DNA of 64,000 nucleotides from a virus. A model generated the notes under the pieces. That model was not told the origin of the DNA, did not search any database, and saw nothing but the letters and a program-made list of their open reading frames with translations. Below are positions 10,368-19,441 of this stretch, one piece after another; the first letter of the stretch is position 1, and every line of letters starts with the position of its first letter. The position numbers were made by a program, and so were the translations under genes. Location of the stretch: IMG/VR virus record IMGVR_UViG_3300024348_000004. One strand, given 5' to 3'.

Positions 10368-10397
10368 TTGACAATGCCCCTCACTTTTTTGTATACT
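10368..10397 (+). promoter_or_regulatory. Early sigma70-type promoter, conserved-spacer copy 1
   Basis: TTGACA-atgcccctcacttttttg-TATACT. Confidence 0.85.
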
Positions 10398-10424
10398 ATG
10401 TATATAATGAAAAAAGGAGATAAT

Positions 10425-10733
10425 ATGTTAGATACGAATTACATTGAAACTGGGTTAGATACCTGTCAATATACCATAGATGGTATAACAACCACTGCTA
10501 TAATCAAAGAGGTTACCCCTCATCATTTATCAGTAAAACCTATCAGTAGAATGGGTAAGAATGTCTATGAGACTAATTTAGACACTACGTTTATAGGACA
10601 GACATTTTCTTCAGAATGTTACCCATATATCAACCTAGAGATATGGAGTGATGGAAGAGGATGTGATAATAGTGCAATCGGATGTAGTGGTTACTACGAA
10701 TCATACACTCACTTTCTTGCAGAGGCATCGTAA
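10425..10733 (+). CDS. Early hypothetical protein
   Basis: AGGAG SD before ATG 10425, downstream of early promoter. Confidence 0.65.
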   Translation: MLDTNYIETGLDTCQYTIDGITTTAIIKEVTPHHLSVKPISRMGKNVYETNLDTTFIGQTFSSECYPYINLEIWSDGRGCDNSAIGCSGYYESYTHFLAEAS

Positions 10734-10921
10734 TGAAAATTCTTATATTACTTATTATAATATCAATATCTATATTGTTTGCAGTGAATACAACTCTATC
10801 AATGCCTGATGTATACGTATCAAATTCAACAGGTGAATGTATGGAAGTCATTAATTATGAAGGTTCATTATGGTCATGTGAAAACCTACCTTCCAAATAC
10901 AACCACATATGGGTGAAGTAA
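10733..10921 (+). CDS. Small membrane-anchored hypothetical protein
   Basis: N-terminal hydrophobic helix, two Cys, TAATG coupling. Confidence 0.65.
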   Translation: MKILILLIIISISILFAVNTTLSMPDVYVSNSTGECMEVINYEGSLWSCENLPSKYNHIWVK

Positions 10922-11106
10922 TGAAGTACTTAAAAGAGATTACAGACTGGGGCGACTATCCAGTCCCCAACCACACTTACATAGTTAACGATGCTAATCA
11001 ACTGGTTGGTTACATCAAGACTGGGACTAAAGAAGAGATAATTTACAAGTCCCCAATGAAACAGTTCTCCAAGTCTAGGAGAAAATTTATTCAATTAAAA
11101 AGATAA
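10921..11106 (+). CDS. Hypothetical protein
   Basis: YLKEITDW...PNHTY...FSKSRRKF; TAATG coupling. Confidence 0.7.
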   Translation: MKYLKEITDWGDYPVPNHTYIVNDANQLVGYIKTGTKEEIIYKSPMKQFSKSRRKFIQLKR

Positions 11107-11109
11107 AAG

Positions 11110-11139
11110 TTGACAATGCCCTTCACTTTTTTATATAAT
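11110..11139 (+). promoter_or_regulatory. Early sigma70-type promoter, conserved-spacer copy 2
   Basis: TTGACA-atgcccttcactttttta-TATAAT. Confidence 0.85.
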
Positions 11140-11164
11140 GGCTACATCAACTGAGGAAACAAAT

Positions 11165-13495
11165 ATGACAACAAGAAACCAAAAAGACCAACTCGCAAAA
11201 CTAATGGCCACAGAGGACATTACTGTTGTTCATAGGAAGATTCCTACTGCTTACTTCGACATCAAGAACAGGATTCTTGCATGTCCTATTTTCAAAGAAG
11301 ATATGTCAAACGAACTCTATGACTTGTTCATGGGTCACGAAGTTGGACATGCTTTATACACACCATACGAAGGTGTACACTCTGCTCTTGTTGAGAACAA
11401 GACACTTAAAGGTTACTTGAACGTTGTAGAAGACGTTAGGATTGAGAGAAAAATCAGAGACAAATTTGCTGGTCTTAGAAAGTCATTCTACAAGGCATAC
11501 AATGAGTTGATGGAGAATGACTTCTTTGGTATCAAAGGTAAAGACCTTCAGACACTTTCATTGATTGACAAAATCAACCTTATTACTAAGGTCGGTTCAA
11601 GAGTTAATATTTCTCTTACTGATGAAGAACAAGTTATACTAGACAAGTGTTACGCTTGTGAGACTTGGGAAGAAGTTGAGGCAGTTGCAAAAGAAATTTA
11701 CGAATGGTCTAAGGAAAATGAGACTAGGGATGAGACCGATGAGTCAATCGTTCCACAAACTCTTGAACTCGGTGATGAAGAAGAAGATGAAGATGGAATG
11801 GAAGAAGAGTCATGGGGTGATGGTGACGATGTAGAAGACGAAGAAGAACAGTCAGAGTCATCTAAAGGTGGTTCAGACACTGAAGACACTATGCCTGACC
11901 TAGAAGAGTCAGAAGGACAAGATACCGCTGGTAACTTGGAACAGGAAGATGAAGTAGAAGAACCTACTCAAAAGAAAACTGGAAGTGGAAAAGAAGGTTC
12001 ATACGGAATCCATGACGATGAGGACGGTGCTAGAGAGTCAATCACTGAACACTTTGCACACAATAACGAAGACCAATTTCTTTCAGATACAAACAGAATT
12101 ATTACTCAAATCGACCTTCCTTCAAAGTTCAAAACAAATAAAGAAGTTATCGATGCTACTGAGATTTCTTTCAAGACAGTTCTAAAAGACTGGAACAATT
12201 ACTATGTTCAGAACACTGATATGGATGTTGAGAAGAGACAGGGTTGGAACAAAATCATGGCAAAAACATTGGTCGACAAGAATAAGAAACTTGTCAATCA
12301 TATGGCAAAAGAATTTGAGATGAAACAAACTGCTCAAAGAAGTAAACATGCTTTTACTGGTAAGACTGGTAAGTTGGACATGAATAGACTTGCTAAATAT
12401 CAAATCGTTGAAGACGTGTTCAAAAGAAGTGTTTACTTGCCAGAAGGTGAGAACCACGGTTTGACAGTTCTTCTAGATTGGAGTGGTTCAATTCAAAACG
12501 AGTGTGCTGACTTAATAGAACAGTCAATCATTCTCGCAATGTTCTGCAGAAAAGTTAATATCGCTCACAGAATTTACTTGTTCTCAGATTCATACAAGAG
12601 AGGTGAACACAATGGGTCTTACTATGATAATGTAAATCTAGTAACTATCGCTTCGGATGAAATGAACAACAGACAGTGGAATGAGATGATGCAGAACCTT
12701 GCTTCACTTTACTTAAACCACTACATCGATGGATTCTCATGGAAGGCAAGAAACAAATTACACGCTTGGTTGGATGAGAATTTCAATACAAACTACACTG
12801 AAACTGGATACTCATGGATTGCCACTAGGGTTCACCCAACTGGATACTCTCTAGGTGGAACACCACTCAATCAGTCTCTTGCAGTTCTCAGAAAACTTCT
12901 GCCTGAATTCCAAAGACAGTACGGTATTGAGAAATCAATTCTTACAGTAATCACAGATGGTTACTCTCACGGTGGTGCTTTGTTTGAAAAGGATGATGCT
13001 GAGAATGCTCAAATGAAAGAACAAAGTGGTGGAGATGACTACGGTTACATGACACAAGTGGATAGAGAGATAATTGACCCATACTCTAAAAAAGTTTACC
13101 CTTACGGTAGTGGTAGTCATTACAGAAATGCTTTTTCAATTACACAGAACTTACTGGACTGGATATCAAAAGAATGTAACGTTACAGTGACTGGGTACTT
13201 TGTTCTTGGTAGAAAACAAGACGTGTATGGTATCCTTTCTGAAACCGCTCCACACAAAGACTATGATGATTCTTGGAAAGAAATCAAGAAGACTGGTATG
13301 GTAGTGAAGTGTCACGGATACAACAAATTATTCTTGACTAGTGCATCACTTCTTGGTGCTGCTGGTGATGATGAACTTTCAGATGACCTAGTTGATGCGA
13401 AAAAGGTCAGAGTTATGGCTGCTTTCAAAAGAAATCAGAAATCCAAAACTACATCAAGATTTTTAACTAACGAATTTATAAAGGAGATTGCATAA
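11165..13495 (+). CDS. CobT-like protein: N-terminal HExxH domain, acidic linker, vWA domain
   Basis: GHEVGHALYT, NVVEDVRIE, D/E-rich linker, LLDWSGS MIDAS, GGTPL, ITDG. Confidence 0.85.
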   Translation: MTTRNQKDQLAKLMATEDITVVHRKIPTAYFDIKNRILACPIFKEDMSNELYDLFMGHEVGHALYTPYEGVHSALVENKTLKGYLNVVEDVRIERKIRDKFAGLRKSFYKAYNELMENDFFGIKGKDLQTLSLIDKINLITKVGSRVNISLTDEEQVILDKCYACETWEEVEAVAKEIYEWSKENETRDETDESIVPQTLELGDEEEDEDGMEEESWGDGDDVEDEEEQSESSKGGSDTEDTMPDLEESEGQDTAGNLEQEDEVEEPTQKKTGSGKEGSYGIHDDEDGARESITEHFAHNNEDQFLSDTNRIITQIDLPSKFKTNKEVIDATEISFKTVLKDWNNYYVQNTDMDVEKRQGWNKIMAKTLVDKNKKLVNHMAKEFEMKQTAQRSKHAFTGKTGKLDMNRLAKYQIVEDVFKRSVYLPEGENHGLTVLLDWSGSIQNECADLIEQSIILAMFCRKVNIAHRIYLFSDSYKRGEHNGSYYDNVNLVTIASDEMNNRQWNEMMQNLASLYLNHYIDGFSWKARNKLHAWLDENFNTNYTETGYSWIATRVHPTGYSLGGTPLNQSLAVLRKLLPEFQRQYGIEKSILTVITDGYSHGGALFEKDDAENAQMKEQSGGDDYGYMTQVDREIIDPYSKKVYPYGSGSHYRNAFSITQNLLDWISKECNVTVTGYFVLGRKQDVYGILSETAPHKDYDDSWKEIKKTGMVVKCHGYNKLFLTSASLLGAAGDDELSDDLVDAKKVRVMAAFKRNQKSKTTSRFLTNEFIKEIA

Positions 13496-13674
13496 TGGAT
13501 AAAGTTATTTTAGAAAGGAATGAGTATAAGGCGTTTGTCAACAAGGTTGACAGCATGGCTGCTCAAGGAATCATGGTTCCACATATGGTTAACCACGATA
13601 AGGAATTGGATGTATTTGAAATCACACTATTGGATTCAGATATGGACACTACATTTTTACAGGAGCAAGTATAA
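13495..13674 (+). CDS. Hypothetical protein (59 aa), not in ORF track
   Basis: AGGAG SD, TAATG coupling on both sides; MDKVILERNEYKAF... Confidence 0.65.
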   Translation: MDKVILERNEYKAFVNKVDSMAAQGIMVPHMVNHDKELDVFEITLLDSDMDTTFLQEQV

Positions 13675-13940
13675 TGAATGCATTACAAGTTGACGAGAGT
13701 TACTACATTTCACACACTACCGATTACAGTTCATTTGCAGATGCAATTCAGAACGTGGGCCCTGGGCCATGCACAGTCTTTGATTGTCCAAATCAAGTGA
13801 AGTGTAAAGAAGAAAAGGTTGAGTGTAAAGCATTCAGATATTGGGTGAACAATGGGTCATTTGAAACCTATTCAAAAAAAGATGGTGGTATGATATCTAT
13901 AGAAAAAGGTGTAGGAAAGTTACTTCAACCAATAAAATAA
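13674..13940 (+). CDS. Hypothetical Cys-containing protein
   Basis: PC..FDC...KC......C pattern; AGGAG SD. Confidence 0.65.
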   Translation: MNALQVDESYYISHTTDYSSFADAIQNVGPGPCTVFDCPNQVKCKEEKVECKAFRYWVNNGSFETYSKKDGGMISIEKGVGKLLQPIK

Positions 13941-13942
13941 AC

Positions 13943-13972
13943 TTGACAAAGCCCCTCACTTTTTTATATACT
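13943..13972 (+). promoter_or_regulatory. Early sigma70-type promoter, conserved-spacer copy 3
   Basis: TTGACA-aagcccctcactttttta-TATACT. Confidence 0.85.
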
Positions 13973-14013
13973 ACTAATGATGAGAAAAAAAGTTAAATAA
14001 CGGAGACTATATT

Positions 14014-15240
14014 ATGACTGATACAAAAAGAACTTACGACAGAAGCGAGTCGATAACAGTGGCGGGAAAACCGTTTCACTATACGCCTGATAGGAAAGAA
14101 TTCCTAGAAACGTTGACCAAGACGTACCCTAATAAAACTTCCTTTACGAAGGAAGAGATTAATAACACTGGTCACTTCCCATATTGGATTAAATCTGCAA
14201 GGTATAATTTCAAACAGGGTGTTGGTATCTTCAATCTTGAGGCTGCTATCAGTGGTTACAATGGTGGGTATGAACCCGAAGTTGTTACACCAAAAGTTAT
14301 TCCGATTCCTGCTCAACCTGTTGCAAGTAACATGCCTGTTGCTGCTCAAACTGAGAGTGTGAATCTTATGTCGGATGCAAAAATAATTCCCGAGAAGATG
14401 GACAATTATGTTCCATTCGGACACTTCAGAGATGTTAAGAACATCATCAAATCTAAAATCTTCTTTCCAGTATTTGTTACTGGTCTGAGTGGTAACGGTA
14501 AAACACTTATGATTGAACAAGTGTGTGCCCAACTGAATAGAGAACTCTACAGGGTTAACGTTACAATCGAAACCGATGAAGATGATTTAATGGGTGGTCA
14601 CACTCTAGTCAATGGTAACATTGTCTACAGGGAAGGGCCAGTTATCAAAGCAATGAGAAAAGGTGCTGTCCTTCTTCTTGATGAAGTTGACTTGGGTTCA
14701 AACAAGTTGATGTGTCTACAATCAGTTCTTGAAGGTAAAGGATACCTAATCAAGAAAACTGGTGAGTGGGTTGCACCTAAAAAAGGTTTCACTATTCTTG
14801 CTACTGCAAACACGAAAGGTCAAGGGTCAGACGATGGTAAATTCATCGGGACTCAAATCATGAATGAGGCGATGCTTGAAAGATTTGCAATTACCATGCA
14901 ACAAGAATATCCGCCAGTGGTTACTGAAAGAAAAATTCTTGAAATGGAAATGGCATTGACTGGTGAAGTTGATTCAGAGTTCACAACCAAACTGGTTGAC
15001 TGGGCAGACATTATCAGAAAGACCTACTATGAAGGTGCTATTGATGATGTTATCACAACAAGAAGACTTGTTCACATCGTCAATGCATTCAGAATGTTCA
15101 ATGACAAACTGAAGTGTATCACAATGTGTATCTCAAGGTTTGATGAAGAGACTAGGAATAGTATTCTCGACCTCTACTCCAAGATTGATGCTGGAGTGGA
15201 CTTGAATGCAGAAAACTCTATTGACGAAATGGAAGACTAG
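14014..15240 (+). CDS. cobS: CobS-like / MoxR-type AAA+ ATPase
   Basis: GLSGNGKT, LLLDEVD, ATANTKGQG, NEAMLERF, TRRLV. Confidence 0.9.
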   Translation: MTDTKRTYDRSESITVAGKPFHYTPDRKEFLETLTKTYPNKTSFTKEEINNTGHFPYWIKSARYNFKQGVGIFNLEAAISGYNGGYEPEVVTPKVIPIPAQPVASNMPVAAQTESVNLMSDAKIIPEKMDNYVPFGHFRDVKNIIKSKIFFPVFVTGLSGNGKTLMIEQVCAQLNRELYRVNVTIETDEDDLMGGHTLVNGNIVYREGPVIKAMRKGAVLLLDEVDLGSNKLMCLQSVLEGKGYLIKKTGEWVAPKKGFTILATANTKGQGSDDGKFIGTQIMNEAMLERFAITMQQEYPPVVTERKILEMEMALTGEVDSEFTTKLVDWADIIRKTYYEGAIDDVITTRRLVHIVNAFRMFNDKLKCITMCISRFDEETRNSILDLYSKIDAGVDLNAENSIDEMED

Positions 15241-15255
15241 GAGTATACTAGTATC

Positions 15256-15540
15256 ATGTCAAACAAAATAGAATACAAATACAATGAGAAGAAACTCCTT
15301 TCGGAGTTCTCTTCTTATGTAGATGCCACATATGGTGCTCACTACTCTAAAGATAAGTTTCAGGCGACTGAGTTTATTATGGACGGTGGTCACGGTGAGG
15401 GATTTTGTATCGGTAACGTGATGAAATATGCACAACGATACGGTAAGAAGGATGGTTATAATCGTGCTGACCTTCTCAAGGTAATCCATTATGGATTCCT
15501 TGCATTGTACAACCACGATGTTTATAAGGAGACTAAGTAG
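15256..15540 (+). CDS. DUF3310-like conserved phage protein
   Basis: HY...GFCIGNVMKYAQRYGKK...DLLKVIHY. Confidence 0.75.
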   Translation: MSNKIEYKYNEKKLLSEFSSYVDATYGAHYSKDKFQATEFIMDGGHGEGFCIGNVMKYAQRYGKKDGYNRADLLKVIHYGFLALYNHDVYKETK

Positions 15541-16208
15541 TGATGAAAATTAGTGATGACACGAGGAATGTCTTAAAAAATTTCTCAACAATAAACCAAG
15601 GTATTAAAGTCAGTGAGGGCAACCAACTGAAAACAATATCGAATATGAAAAACATTCTTGCAGTTGCAACTGTATCTGAGGAATTTCCTCAAGATTTCAG
15701 TATCTACAATCTGCCAGAGTTCTTAGGTGCAACCAGTTTACTGGAAGACCCCGACTTTCAGTTCAATGATTCTTCTTTGAGTATTGCAGATAGCAATTCT
15801 TCAATGAATTATTTCTTTGCAAGTGAAGGTATGGTGGTAACGCCAGATAAAATGATTACAATGCCTGAGTCAGAAGTATCATTTGATGTGTCTTCAACAC
15901 TGTTGAATGACCTTAACAAGGCTGCAAGTGTTCTAGGTGTAGGTGATTTGATTTTAAAATCAGATGGTACTACTATGACCTTAGAAGTTACAGACAAAAA
16001 GAATGACACTTCAAACACATTCAGCAGAGTTGTTGGAACTGGAAACGGTGTGTCTTTCGTAATGAACTTTAAGATTGAAAACTTGAAAGTGCTAGAGGGA
16101 AACTATTCAGTTTCAGTATCTTCAAAAGGTATCTCTAACTTCAAGAATAAAGATATTGATTTGGAGTACTTTATCGCATTAGAACCCGATTCAAAATATG
16201 ATATTTAA
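15540..16208 (+). CDS. 45: gp45 sliding clamp
   Basis: LKNFSTINQGI, IYNLPEFL, YFIALEPDS. Confidence 0.95.
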   Translation: MMKISDDTRNVLKNFSTINQGIKVSEGNQLKTISNMKNILAVATVSEEFPQDFSIYNLPEFLGATSLLEDPDFQFNDSSLSIADSNSSMNYFFASEGMVVTPDKMITMPESEVSFDVSSTLLNDLNKAASVLGVGDLILKSDGTTMTLEVTDKKNDTSNTFSRVVGTGNGVSFVMNFKIENLKVLEGNYSVSVSSKGISNFKNKDIDLEYFIALEPDSKYDI

Positions 16209-16229
16209 CCTATATATTAGTGTGAGTAT

Positions 16230-16318
16230 TGTACTAGTCTCTACAATTATCACGGGAGTAATTCAATCTCATCAATCTTCAAGGGTGAATTACACTGTGG
16301 ACTCGGCGGGGAGTTCAT
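16230..16318 (+). promoter_or_regulatory. Structured intergenic leader upstream of gp44
   Basis: Stems CACGG/CTGTG, GTAATTCA/TGAATTAC and TGGACTC/GAGTTCA. Confidence 0.5.
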
Positions 16319-16325
16319 CTCTATT

Positions 16326-17267
16326 ATGAAAGAAGAATTTTTATACGTGGAAAAGTATCGACCTCAAACAATTGAGGATACGATACTTCCCAAGCATCTA
16401 AAAGATACATTCAAAAAATTCGTTCAAGAAGGCGAGATACCTAACTTATTACTTTGTGGTTCTGCTGGTGTTGGTAAAACAACAGTTGCAAAAGCACTGT
16501 GTAATGAGATGGGTGCCGACTTCATTGTAATCAATGGTTCGGACGAGGGTAGATTGATTGATACCCTAAGAACTAAGATTAAAAACTTTGCATCTACAAT
16601 GTCACTTAGTGGTGGTTCAAAGGTGGTGATACTAGACGAGGCAGATTATATTTCTGCTGACTCAGTTCAACCTGCTTTGAGAAACTTTATAGAAGAGTTC
16701 TCTTCTAATTGTAGATTCATCTTTACTTGTAACTACAAGAACAGAATTATTGCACCACTACATTCTAGAACAACAGTGATTGATTTTTCAATCAAACCTT
16801 CAGAGAAACCTCAACTTGCTCAAGACTTTATGAAAAGGTTGATGGGTATATGTACAACCGAGGGAATCGAATACGAACCAAAAGTTCTTGCTGAACTGGT
16901 TATGAAGTTCTTCCCCGACTTCAGAAGGTGTCTGAATGAAGTGCAACGATATGGTATTGGTGGTGTCATTGACACTGGACTTCTATCTACACTTAGTGAA
17001 GAGAAGTTAACACCTCTTATTGATATGATTAAAGAAAAGAACTGGAGCAGTATGCGAAAGTGGGTTGGTCAAAACTCAGACAATGACTTCAACACATTGT
17101 ATAGAAAAGTGTTTGATTCATTAGAGAATCGACTCGCACCATCTTCAATCCCAGCATGTGTTCTTATTATTGCGGACTATCAATACAAGTCTGCTTTTGC
17201 TATGGACAATGAGATTAACTTTGTTGCATGTCTAACAGAGATTATGACAGAGTGTAAATTTAAATAA
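16326..17267 (+). CDS. 44: gp44 clamp loader large subunit
   Basis: VEKYRP, GSAGVGKTT, ILDEAD, FPDFRR. Confidence 0.96.
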   Translation: MKEEFLYVEKYRPQTIEDTILPKHLKDTFKKFVQEGEIPNLLLCGSAGVGKTTVAKALCNEMGADFIVINGSDEGRLIDTLRTKIKNFASTMSLSGGSKVVILDEADYISADSVQPALRNFIEEFSSNCRFIFTCNYKNRIIAPLHSRTTVIDFSIKPSEKPQLAQDFMKRLMGICTTEGIEYEPKVLAELVMKFFPDFRRCLNEVQRYGIGGVIDTGLLSTLSEEKLTPLIDMIKEKNWSSMRKWVGQNSDNDFNTLYRKVFDSLENRLAPSSIPACVLIIADYQYKSAFAMDNEINFVACLTEIMTECKFK

Positions 17268-17449
17268 TGGCAATATCAGATGAAATGAGAGAACAACTTG
17301 AAATGGTTATCCAATACGGTGACCAAGTAAAGGCAATGTTCAAAGAACAAGATGACGTTGACTATGAGATTAGTGACTACGATGAACCTATCACACAACT
17401 GTTAGGTCATATGAATGAAGTAATGGAAACCATTGACGGTGGTTGGTAG
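17267..17449 (+). CDS. Hypothetical acidic protein
   Basis: TAATG coupling to gp44. Confidence 0.6.
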   Translation: MAISDEMREQLEMVIQYGDQVKAMFKEQDDVDYEISDYDEPITQLLGHMNEVMETIDGGW

Positions 17450-17553
17450 TGGGTAAGTTAAGACAATGGTTTAGAAACTGGTTTGATAATCAAGTTGAAA
17501 AATCATGGCAAAGAAAAGCAAACAGAATGTTTGAAAAAGGGAGAAAAAAATGA
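17449..17553 (+). CDS. Small basic hypothetical protein (34 aa)
   Basis: GTG start overlapping previous stop; MGKLRQWFRNWFDNQVEKSWQRKANRMFEKGRKK. Confidence 0.5.
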   Translation: MGKLRQWFRNWFDNQVEKSWQRKANRMFEKGRKK

Positions 17554-17819
17554 CACAATATGATGAATCAGTCCAACGACAAAGAGATATGATTGATGCT
17601 GAAGAGTGGTCATCCAAAATCAAATCTATCCATGCACACTCATTCGATTCAATGCACTATGACACTAGACCCGAAGACACTGCAGATGGTAAGTCTGTGA
17701 CAGACCATGAGTTCAATTCAGGCATTGTTAAACGATATCAGAATGGAAAACTAATCCATACCTTCGGGAAAGAACTCAAAGGTGAAGAACTTCTTCGTGC
17801 CTTTGTAAGAAACCAATAA
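17550..17819 (+). CDS. Hypothetical protein
   Basis: GGAG SD, coupled ORF. Confidence 0.65.
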   Translation: MTQYDESVQRQRDMIDAEEWSSKIKSIHAHSFDSMHYDTRPEDTADGKSVTDHEFNSGIVKRYQNGKLIHTFGKELKGEELLRAFVRNQ

Positions 17820-18212
17820 GTGTCAAAACAAAATCCATTTGACTTCGTAAAGTCCGTATCTCATGATAAGAAAGATATCATGCCAGATGATGTGTCCGAG
17901 AAATCATATGCACCCTTTTTAACCAACAAAGCATTATCTTATCACCAAGATTCGCTTTTTTTCGCTAATGAGATGAACACTAGACACGGTACAGAAAACC
18001 GTCTTCAATATGTGTTTTTACTAAATACTCTTAGGAAACGACAAAGATTCTCACAATGGCAGAAACCATCTGTAAGTGTCAAAATCGATACTGTTAAGGA
18101 GTATTACGGAGTAAGTACAAAAGTAGCTAAAGATTACATAAATGTACTAACCGAATCTCAATATAGACAATTGAAAAAAAGAATGAAAACTGGTGGTAAA
18201 CATGATGACTGA
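17820..18212 (+). CDS. 62: gp62 clamp loader small subunit
   Basis: PFDFVKS, YAPFLTNKALS, ANEMN, LRKRQRFSQW, VKEYYG. Confidence 0.92.
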   Translation: MSKQNPFDFVKSVSHDKKDIMPDDVSEKSYAPFLTNKALSYHQDSLFFANEMNTRHGTENRLQYVFLLNTLRKRQRFSQWQKPSVSVKIDTVKEYYGVSTKVAKDYINVLTESQYRQLKKRMKTGGKHDD

Positions 18213-18615
18213 AAAAGATTATTTAATAATCTCATCTCTCGTTGAAATAACATTTGAAGAAAAGGACGACTTCCTAAAGATTAGGGAAACGTTGTCACGT
18301 ATAGGTATTGCATCACGAAGAGAGAAAGAACTATTCCAGTCGTGCCACATCCTACACAAAAGAGGAAAGTACTACATAGTACACTTCAAAGAATTGTTTC
18401 AGTTAGATGGGAAACAAACATCCATATCAGAGAGTGATATCTCACGTAGAAACACTATCTGTAAACTATTGGAACAATGGAAGTTGATAACGGTCTTAGA
18501 CCAATCTAAGATTACACTACAAGCTCCACTATCACAAATTAAAATCATCCCATATAAAGAGAAAACTGAGTGGAAATTGACCACTAAATACACTATTGGG
18601 ACGACAAATACCTAA
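18202..18615 (+). CDS. regA: RegA translational repressor
   Basis: DDFLKIRETLSRIG, QSCHILHKRGKYYIVHFKELF. Confidence 0.96.
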   Translation: MMTEKDYLIISSLVEITFEEKDDFLKIRETLSRIGIASRREKELFQSCHILHKRGKYYIVHFKELFQLDGKQTSISESDISRRNTICKLLEQWKLITVLDQSKITLQAPLSQIKIIPYKEKTEWKLTTKYTIGTTNT

Positions 18616-18648
18616 ATACCTCCTGTAATAACTTAATAGGAGAATTTT

Positions 18649-18822
18649 ATGTTAGAATTTCTACAATGGGTTATAGCATGGGTACAAGTGATTCCTTGGT
18701 TAGTAATGGGCGCATCCCTAATTGCAGCTCTTACACCAACACCAGTCGATGATGGATTGGTAAAAAAAGTATATAAATTGTTAGACTGGTGTGCTTTAAA
18801 CATCGGCAAAGCAAAAGACTAA
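18649..18822 (+). CDS. Small membrane protein, holin-like (57 aa), not in ORF track
   Basis: AGGAG SD; MLEFLQWVIAWVQVIPWLVMGASLIAALTPTPVDDG...; late promoter CCTAAATA at 18611. Confidence 0.6.
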   Translation: MLEFLQWVIAWVQVIPWLVMGASLIAALTPTPVDDGLVKKVYKLLDWCALNIGKAKD

Positions 18823-18851
18823 ATAAAAAAACGTAACAGTAGGAGTATATT

Positions 18852-19061
18852 ATGTTTATTTTAGAATGGTTGAAATCATTATTCAACACATCAAAAGCAG
18901 TAGAACCAAAAAAGGTAGTAGAAAAGTCTAAGACCTCAGTTGCAGAGTTAAAAAAACTTACAAAGCAACAACTATTTGACCTTGCCGATAAGAAAGGCAT
19001 TAAGGTTAAGAAGAGTGGTACTAAAGCAGAAGTGGTAAAGCAGATTAGTTCTGCTAAATAA
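18852..19061 (+). CDS. Small basic protein with Rho-N/SAP-like helical domain
   Basis: LKKLTKQQLFDLADKKGIKV...TKAEVVKQI; AGGAG SD. Confidence 0.65.
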   Translation: MFILEWLKSLFNTSKAVEPKKVVEKSKTSVAELKKLTKQQLFDLADKKGIKVKKSGTKAEVVKQISSAK

Positions 19062-19085
19062 CCTATTTGTCTTTCGTCAAATTTG

Positions 19086-19110
19086 AAGGGAGCTTATGCT
19101 CCCTTTTTTT
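19086..19110 (+). terminator. Rho-independent terminator
   Basis: AAGGGAGC-ttat-GCTCCCTT followed by a T run. Confidence 0.9.
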
Positions 19111-19130
19111 GTACGCTAAGAAGGTATTTG

Positions 19131-19138
19131 TATAAATA
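19131..19138 (+). promoter_or_regulatory. T4-type late promoter for the curli island
   Basis: Exact TATAAATA, 5 nt before ATG 19144. Confidence 0.8.
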
Positions 19139-19143
19139 AAGGC

Positions 19144-19440
19144 ATGGAAGAGATATTTAATCTTATTGCGGACGTGGGAGCGCCTATAGCAGGTTCAATT
19201 GTTATGGGGTTCTTCATCTTTATAGTTATCAAACAGATACTTGAAGGTATCGTGGAAAACATAAAGACGTTAACAATCTTCTGTAAGAGTTTAGAAAATC
19301 GTGCTAGAACCATGTCAAATGAGATGGTTAAAATAGATTTGTTAGTGTCGGCAGCTTTAGATTTAAGACCCGACATAGACAGAGTTGCACGTGCAGAGAA
19401 CTTTATAGAGGACGGAAAGTTAGATGTCCGAAGAGATTAA
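19144..19440 (+). CDS. Small membrane protein (TM + coiled coil)
   Basis: LIADVGAPIAGSIVMGFFIFIVIK; resembles next gene. Confidence 0.75.
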   Translation: MEEIFNLIADVGAPIAGSIVMGFFIFIVIKQILEGIVENIKTLTIFCKSLENRARTMSNEMVKIDLLVSAALDLRPDIDRVARAENFIEDGKLDVRRD

Positions 19441-19441
19441 T

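Noticed and set aside
11770-12030. GAA/GAT-rich low-complexity stretch as a repeat array
   Set aside because: It simply encodes the acidic linker of the vWA protein.
10368-13972. 30-bp repeats as a CRISPR-like array
   Set aside because: The copies are 0.7-2.8 kb apart, precede genes and contain -35/-10 boxes, so they are promoters.
14014-15240. Cobalamin biosynthesis (CobS/CobT) as an auxiliary metabolic pathway
   Set aside because: No CobN or other cob genes are present; the pair fits a generic MoxR-vWA system.
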